Of a DNA stretch of 64,000 bases, positions 56,480-64,000 are shown in pieces. The DNA comes from Eledone cirrhosa (taxonomy: Eukaryota). The notes under the pieces were generated by a model. That model was not told the DNA's origin, did no database searches, and saw only the letters and a list, made by a program, of their open reading frames with translations. Within the stretch, counting starts at the first letter, position 1; each line of letters begins with the position of its first letter. The stretch is from contig OZ024746.1 of NCBI GenBank assembly GCA_964016885.1, forward strand, positions 12,710,001-12,774,000, in the 5' to 3' direction. Made by a program: the position numbers and the translations under genes.

Positions 56480-57830
56480 CAATAGAATGACAACGGTTAT
56501 CTCCACTTATGCAGTAACATCTGGTCCAAGTAATGAACTAAATAACTTCTATGAAGACCTCTACAGATGACTTCAATAACAGATGACAGTGACTTTATCA
56601 TCCTGGCTGTCAACTTCAATGGACATGTTGAAGAGAAACAGGATGGCTATTCTGGAATGATGAGGGATCAAGGCTTCTAGAATTCTGTGATGCAAATGAC
56701 TTAAAGATTTACGACTCTAACTTCAGAACACCAACTAATCAGACAAATATGCAAGCCAGTTTGACTTTATGTACATTAGTGAACAAGATCAGTTATTAGC
56801 TGTCGAGACACTGCATCCTTTAAAACCTCCATGCTTCCCGAGATTTGCCAACACTACACCTAATACTCCCCCTCCATACACATGCACACATGTATATCAT
56901 GAATAGTATATGTATAAATGTATAAGTGAATAGTGTATGAACACTATTCACTTCCCTGACATTTGTACATTATTCTATGTACTATACATGCACCTTTGAT
57001 GAGTTGTAGTGCACCTGAGCACTGTACACAATAATTTCATTATTATTATAAGATAGACAGGTAATTATGAATGCCAAGTATTTCCCTGGAGAAGTATGTA
57101 CTATCCAACATTAATTAGTCATCAATGACATCATAATAAGAATCAGATCGAATCAGAAATGCAAGGAAATTTAGTGAAGGAGGGTTCGGAAGCTAAAGAA
57201 CCTCTCTGTTAAATATAGGTACAGAAAAGCTCTGCTTGGCATGTATGATGAAGGGAAGGAAGAGATAGATATGTGTTGAACCCCCAAAGTGTTCCACTTA
57301 AATCAATCAATGGAACAGCCTGCTCATGTAATTAACGTTCAGGTGACTGAACAGAGCATTCCAGAGAATGGTGTCCCCATAACATAGTTCTCATGAATAT
57401 TTAGCATGATACTGAGTGTGAGAAGGTTTGGAAGAAAGAGGCCTGGAAATGTTAATATGGAAGGTTGATATATGTGGAAAATAAGTGAGGGGAAGAGAGA
57501 CTACCTCCAGTTGACTCAAGTTGACATCTACATGGTCAAAGTTGACATCTATATGGTCAAAGTTGACTCAAGTTGACATCTATATGGTCAAAGTTGACTC
57601 AAGTTGACATCTATATGGTCAAAGTTGACATCTATATGGTCAAAGTTGACTCAAGTTGACATCTATATGATCAAAGTTGACATCTACAGGGTTAAAGTTG
57701 ACATCTACAGGGTCAAAGAGGCAATCAAAGAGATGAAAAATGGAAAAGCTGTTAGACCATCAGAAATAGTAATTGAGATACTAAAATCACCTGGTGAAGT
57801 AGATGTTGAGCTAGTCACTCATATAGTGGT
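56480..57830 (+). mobile_element. Highly decayed RTE 5' region (APE endonuclease and RT N-terminal pieces), interrupted
   Basis: Fragments TVISTYA...NNFYEDL, FIILAVNFNGHV, EGSRLLEFCDANDL, QH*LVI and VKEAIKEMKNGKAVRPSEIVIEILK. Confidence 0.7.
57509..57716. repeat. Mixed 10/21-bp tandem repeat (aagttgactc / aagttgacatctatatggtca)
   Basis: Direct reading; lies inside the decayed RTE. Confidence 0.85.
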
Positions 57831-58021
57831 TGGCATTAGGAAGAGTATCCAACTGTAGAAACCAAGCCAAAATCAGTTCTGTTGGAGCAAGACATGGTCA
57901 TCAGACTTTGCTTGTCTCCCAGCGAGGCAACTTGTCTAACCCATGCTAGCGTGGAAAAATGGATATTAAACAGTGATGATAATGATGATGATATGTGTAT
58001 GTGTGTGTATATATATATATA

Positions 58022-58715
58022 AAGAATTGATGCGAGAAGTGGAGACTGTGTCAATGAGTGTGGGGCTGAGAATGATTGAGAGTAAAACAAAGTATCTGTT
58101 GGAGAACATTAAGAAGCCAGAGAAGATTATGATTGTAGGCAGGAGGTGGCTAAAGTTGGTTGAGACTTCTTGTATATGGGAACAAAAATTAGGAACACAG
58201 AGGATGATGTAGTGGAGAGGAAGAGCAAAGCCTGGGAGCATGTCACAGTTAGAAATTGGTGTCAGATCTTCATAGAGACCTGAAAATCCGTCTCTTCATC
58301 GCTACAGTGGAGTTGTGCTGCTGTACAGGTCTGAGACTTGGACATTTAGCAAGAGACTCGCTCAGATGGTGGATGGGTGTTACATGAGGATGCTGAGGAT
58401 GGCTCTGAAAATTAACCAGTATGCACTGAAAATTAAGAACTCGGAGCTGTATGGGAGTCTCCCAAAAGTCAGCTCAAAAGTGACACAGAGGTAACTAAGG
58501 TTAGCTGGACATACTCACCAACATTCAGAGATGACACTGCACTCAGTAGTTCTGAGGGAGCCCCTACACAGACACACTGGAAGAGGGAGACCGAGGATAA
58601 CATATGTTGATGCCTTAAGGACAGACACTGGTCTCCAGATGTGGGACATAGCAGCAATGATGAAGGACAAAGACAACTGGAGAGAACTCGTCCATGGATC
58701 TCGGGAATTTTACCC
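58022..58715 (+). mobile_element. Divergent RTE-like LINE RT/C-terminal fragment (fourth family)
   Basis: VGLRMIESKTKYL; LLYRSETWT; VDGCYMRMLRMAL; LRLAGH; GRGRPRITYVDALRTD. Confidence 0.8.
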
Positions 58716-58727
58716 ACCCTCGAAATA

Positions 58728-59467
58728 TATATGTTGTAGAAGATTTACAGGAAAAATCGAGTCAAAGACTGCTAATGATATAAAGCTTTTCTCATCACGG
58801 GAAGGATCCATAGACGTGGTTGATAGCCTCTGCTATCTAGGTGACCTAATTAGCAGCAGAGGAGGGTGCACCAAGAGTATAACAGCTAAAATAAGTATAG
58901 GAGGGAAGACGTTTCGAGCACTGCTCCCACAAGGTTTCTCTCTACGTACAGAAGAAAGGCTGTATGACGCCTGTGTACAGTGCACGATGCTGTATGGTAG
59001 TGAAACATGGGCTATGACTGCAGAGGACATGTGGTGTTACATGGTAGTGAAACATGGGCTATGACTGCAGAGGACATGCGTTGACTGGAGAGAGATGAAG
59101 CAACTATGTTTCGTTGGAAGTGCAATGTAAATGTGAGAGAAAGGCAGAGCTTAGACGAGCTGAGAGAGAAGCTGGGCTTAAATGAAATCCGAGATAGTGT
59201 GCAAGAGAGATGAGTGCGTTGGTATGGACATGTGATGTGCATGGACAATGACTGATGGGTGAAGAAATGTCAGGACATCCCAGTGGAAGGAAGCCACATT
59301 GAGAATGACCAAGAAAGACCTGGGCAAAAGTTGTGAGAGCTGACCTCAAATTGCTAAGACTGGCAGAGATGATGACAAAAGAATGCTATAAGTGGAGAGA
59401 TGCCATGCTGAGAAAGACCCATCCAACCCATGCAAACATGGAAAAGTAGACGTAAAAACGATGATGA
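58728..59467 (+). mobile_element. RTE family A/B-like decayed 3' portion
   Basis: GSIDVVDSLCYLGDLISSRGGC...LYGSETWAMTAEDM (locally duplicated), WYGHV, GAT tail. Confidence 0.88.
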
Positions 59468-59491
59468 TATATATATATTGTGTGCGTGTGT

Positions 59492-59544
<53 letters not shown>

Positions 59545-59576
59545 TGTGTGTGCATATATATATGCACACACACACG

Positions 59577-59623
<47 letters not shown>

Positions 59624-59746
59624 GTGGGTGTGTGTGTGTGCATATATATATATATATATATATCCACCACCACCCACTCTCAAGAGCGTGAAATTAATAA
59701 ACCTTTGTTCGTACTGCCTCTGTTTTGTTCCCGTTCCATTTTTCAC

Positions 59747-59820
<74 letters not shown>

Positions 59821-60484
59821 GAGAGAGAGCGAGAGATAAATATATAGACGAACGTGTATAAATGTATGTAATGTTAACCGAGTCGTTAAAGCTGGTTGAC
59901 TGCCATTTATTATTGTTCCAATTCCCTAATTCACTGCGCTATGAGTTCAAATTTGACCTGAACTTTGCTTTTCATCCGTTTGATACATAAACTACTGTTC
60001 AAGGTGATAGTATTAGAGTTGATTCCTCCTCTATATTTTTCTCTCTCTCAATATCTCAGCATCGGCTACCCTCCCCAAATTTCTGTCTAACTGTTGGACT
60101 TGTTACTACGAGTTAGGTGAAATATCGATTGGCACACATCGATGAAAATGAGCGGATCTTACGCTACGTAATAATATCTATCTATATATATATATATATA
60201 TACATATATATGTATGTATGTATTTTTAAAATAATGTAAATACATCTTAGTTAACGAGTAACGTAACTGATAAAATCTTCGCCGGAAATACGTGAAGAAA
60301 GTTCAACGAACGAATATTTCCCTTTACACCGATTTTTAAAGAGAAGTGAAAAATGTTTCGTGTCATGTAATTTGAACGTAAACAAAAGAAAAAATTACAA
60401 AACAGACAATGAATTAAAAAATCTGATTTCACATTTCTTTTCTAAAATCAGATAAAAAGGGTTTCACATTAACGTAGAGCTGAA

Positions 60485-60958
60485 ATGGACCCAGAAATTT
60501 CAATTATTTTTCAAGCGACTGAACATCTCATAAAACGAAACGAATGTCATGTTTTTCTGGAACCAAACTTCAATCGCTCCCCTCTTCCCGCTTTGTTAGA
60601 AGATGAGATAAATAGTGTCTGGAATATAAGACAGTCCAAGAACGTGACCTTATATAATGGAACCAAGTTTCGAGTGCATGCTGCATTTCCATCGCCAGAT
60701 GAACAAGGCGTCAATTTACAAGTGGGAATTACATGTTATAAAGACTTTCTAGGAACGAATTGGTCGTCACGATCCCGACACCTGCAAACTATTGGCCTGG
60801 CTCTACATGGTAATACTCAGGCCTGTATGTCGGATCCCTTGGGTGTCGGTTCGTTGTTATTAACGTCAGATCAAAGAATAATTCTATTAAAACGTAGCCA
60901 ACAGTGCGCCGAAGCACCGGAACTGTGGGATATACCTGGTGGACATGCCGAACCACAG
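60485..60958 (+). CDS. NUDT22: NUDT22 (Nudix hydrolase 22, UDP-glucose pyrophosphatase), coding exon 1
   Basis: ATG at 60485. Translation MDPEISIIFQ...KFRVH...GITCYKDFLGTNWSS...DPLGVG...LLKRSQQCAEAPELWDIPGGHAEPQ matches my recollection of vertebrate NUDT22 (MDPEV..., FLGTNWSS, DPLGVG, PGGHPEPQ). Ends CAG|GT at 60958/60959, phase 0. Confidence 0.93.
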
Positions 60959-63202
60959 GTTTGTGTACATAGTTATTTAGTTCCCTCTCTTTTAATAGTC
61001 ACTAAATAACCATTTTATAAGTAAACAGTAAAACCTAAAGACAATCGTCTCTTTAGCGTACAGACTGTTAAATGGAATAGCTTGTGTATATATATAATTC
61101 CGATATTTAATTTTTTGATCAATTCTTTATTTAATTACAAATAATGTTATTTTTAAACTATTCGGTTGCGTAAAATATTTCCGTTTTAAATTTTGTAATA
61201 AAATTAGCTGAATAATATATGTGGACGAGAGACTATAGTAATTAGTTGTCGGATGCGGGTGTCACATCAAGATGTCGTGGTTTTCTTAGAAATGCCACGC
61301 CTCTGGGTTTTTTTTTAAATTTCCATCTCACACCTCAGGCGCCACACCAAACATCTTTTTATTGTTTAAAGTTATATCTTCTTCGTCTACTAAAAATTAA
61401 ATTAGTTACAGTCTGACTTCGTAAATGTATTGAAAGTTATTGTTTTTTAATTGTGTTTATATTGTGTGAGATACAACATTACAAGTATATCAAAATACAC
61501 GACGAAAAAAACAACAAAAAAACACAAGAAAACCTAAACCCAGACAGAAAGATTTCTGCACAAACGTGTCGATTTTTACTTGAACTTCTCAACTTGAATT
61601 TAGTTTATATAGGAATGTTTGAATAAAGATATTGTTTTCCTTTTCAGGAATATGTTTTATGTTTAGAGGCAATTTTAAAATAAATTTGTGTTTCTTAGAA
61701 ATGGATGGGAGTAAGAGGTATTTTGTTATTCAGGTAAACAATATTTAAATTCATAATTGTAATAATTTACCCCGATTGTTGATTGTCTATTCAGCAGTTT
61801 TTAAGCTCTTTCTTTGAGAATAAATAACAATGATAAATTATGTTGAATAAACTCATGTAAGGTAAATAAGATTTATTCAGAAATTACATTGGGGGCTTCC
61901 ATCCCAAACAAGGTTATCAATCATTCCTCTCTGGTTATACAAGTGAAGGCGCATGGTTTTGTGGTTAGGGTGTTCGACTGTAAGATTGTGAGTTCAATTT
62001 TTTATGGTACGTTGTGTCGTTTAGCAGTCCGCTCAGCTGTATCTGTAATTCATAGTGCCAGCCTTGTCACACGGAATATACCCGAGAATTACATTGTGTC
62101 CACTTGTCTGGGAAATGTTCAACTACTTATATAGGCACAAGGCCAGCAATTTTGGGGGAGGGGGAAGTTGATTAAATCGACCCCAGTGCGTGACTGGTGC
62201 TTTATTTTATCGACCCCGTAACGTAAGGTGGAATTTGAACTCAGACCGTAAAGGGCCGTAACTCTGTGTTGCAAAGCATGGTGTCCGACTCTCTAACGAT
62301 ACTGCCAATCCACCGCCCGCCCTTGATGGGTTAAATAAAACCATGTCATCTGCAAGTTCCAGCCGACTGATCTTACACCCACAAATCAGCTGGAATTTGC
62401 AGCCTATGGTCATGAAGCTGGAAGGAGTATTTGAGGACTCTGCTCCCCCTCCCAGAAATAAGTGGGAGGCGGAGAAGTAGGAGAACCACCACCTTCATTA
62501 TTGAAAGTATTTAAAGAACAATTTTTTTATTAACCACATCTTAATAATGGCATTGTTTACAATCTCGGAGATGTCGGTCATCAATTGTTGGGACCTGTAT
62601 TAGCTGGTTTTGCCAAGAATTCTATTTACCTTCTTTTTTATATATAATAATTACTATTATTGAATTGGGGAGACTGGTTGGCAGTCTTGGTGGAGCATTC
62701 AGTAAAATTCATCACAGTATTTTGTTGTGTCACTCTATTTCATCATCATCCTTGTCTGCTTTCCATGTTGGTATGTGTTGGACGAGTTGCTACGGTCTAG
62801 GACCAGACAAGTTGTTGAGACCTCTATCTCACTCATATATTACATATTTCGCACGGTTTCTTCAATTTGATCCTGTTCCTAATGAAAATCACCTTACAAG
62901 GTGTACTGGGTATGTTATTTTGTGGCACCACTACCCCTTTACAAAGTGTTCTATGTGCATTTTTTCATAGTACTAACACTAGCACTTTGTAGAGTGTACT
63001 GGGTACATTTTATCAAACCTTATATTGTCTCCATTTGATTACTAACACCTTTGGTCTCTAACACTTACATTTAGCGTTACATTGCTCTTACTGGTGAACA
63101 GGTCTTTTGTATTATGGAATATCACCAGTCGGTTCAGTTATATGTCATGAGATTCAGTTTCTTGAGGTCATTCCCTCATATTGTTATGAATTGATATTCT
63201 AG

Positions 63203-63408
63203 GAATTGGTTGGATCTGTTGGGATGGAAGAGATTGACATCAAATCTTTGTCTCCTGGTGCTGTTGTAAAAGAAATATATGACTCAGCATTGCGAGAAAT
63301 AAGAGATGAAGTAAACATTCCACAGGATCGGCTTTTTGAACCTGAATTGATGGGCATTGTTGGCAACTTAACAAGTGCTGGTAGACCAAGTTTGGAGTTC
63401 TTTGTAAG
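63203..63408 (+). CDS. NUDT22: NUDT22 coding exon 2 (gene continues beyond window)
   Basis: Acceptor ttctag|GAA at 63202/63203, in phase with exon 1. Translation ELVGSVG...VVKEIYDSALREIRDEVNIP...LMGIVGNLTSAGRPSLEFFV contains the Nudix-box helix REIRDEV and TSAGR. Donor AG|GTAAG at 63408. Confidence 0.9.
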
Positions 63409-63451
63409 GTAAGAAAAATATATTTAAATCACACACACTTATATCAGGGGT

Positions 63452-63694
63452 CAGAGGCGTAACTAAAGCATGGCACATGTCATGGGCACCACTTAGACAA
63501 AGAGCACATTCTATTAAAGTCAGAGTAGAGAGTGAAAAAAGAAACTCCTTCAGATCATGGGTGAGAACATTATGGTGGCTAGATCATTAAACCCTTTATA
63601 TAAATTATTAGGCCCATAGGTAAAAATACAGTGCTGGAGAGGGGCACAATTTCACTGCTTGTCATAGGCACTATTTTCCCTAGTTATGCCTCTG
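63452..63694. mobile_element. MITE-like element
   Basis: TIRs cagaggcgtaacta / tagttatgcctctg. No TSD recognised. Confidence 0.5.
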
Positions 63695-64000
63695 AGTCCA
63701 TGTGTATATACACAGATACACACACATATGCAAACACACGCATATCCACACACACTCGTGCAATACAAAATAGATCCTTCATTAGTTTCATTGGTGTGTG
63801 TTCCAGTTGTTTTCAATCAACTGAACAACCTATTCATTGAATTTTAGTGCAAACGGTTTAGTATTACATGTACACTTGTATCGTTAACATAGTCATCAGC
63901 TTCATTAAGCTGACTCTTTGAATTACAGGCACAGTCAATCTGATAGACTTGCACATAATTCCCATCTGCCTAGTTTATAATGGAAGCCATTTGCCTAAGA

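Noticed and set aside
60959-61009. C-terminal VCVHSYLVPSLLIVTK of the 174-aa ORF
   Set aside because: Intron read-through past the exon 1 donor; homology resumes at 63203.
62342-62413. KISRLELADDMVL RT-like motif and overlapping hairpin
   Set aside because: Too short to assign.

Overview
This is AT-rich, microsatellite-saturated eukaryotic DNA. The repeat landscape suggests a coleoid cephalopod such as octopus; that is an inference, not a test. The only confidently recognisable host gene is NUDT22, whose first two coding exons lie at 60485-60958 and 63203-63408 (+). The first ~60 kb is a mosaic of (TA)n-derived arrays, minisatellites (17, 49 and 42 bp units), one 200-N gap and transposon debris. 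The debris includes at least three related RTE LINE families (two carry a PHD-type zinc finger inside ORF2, and one copy has an intact RT half), Tx1/L1, R4/Dong and CRE fragments, Tc1/mariner remnants, piggyBac-type (TTAA) and hAT-type (8-bp TSD) MITEs, and two tRNA-headed SINE families. The most unusual layer is several families of short non-coding Penelope-like elements. These sit in (TA)n tracts, carry hammerhead-ribozyme cores with compensatory base changes, and are repeatedly associated with long near-perfect fold-back palindromes. Nearly all long ORFs in the supplied track are microsatellite artefacts. All alignments and folds here were done by eye.
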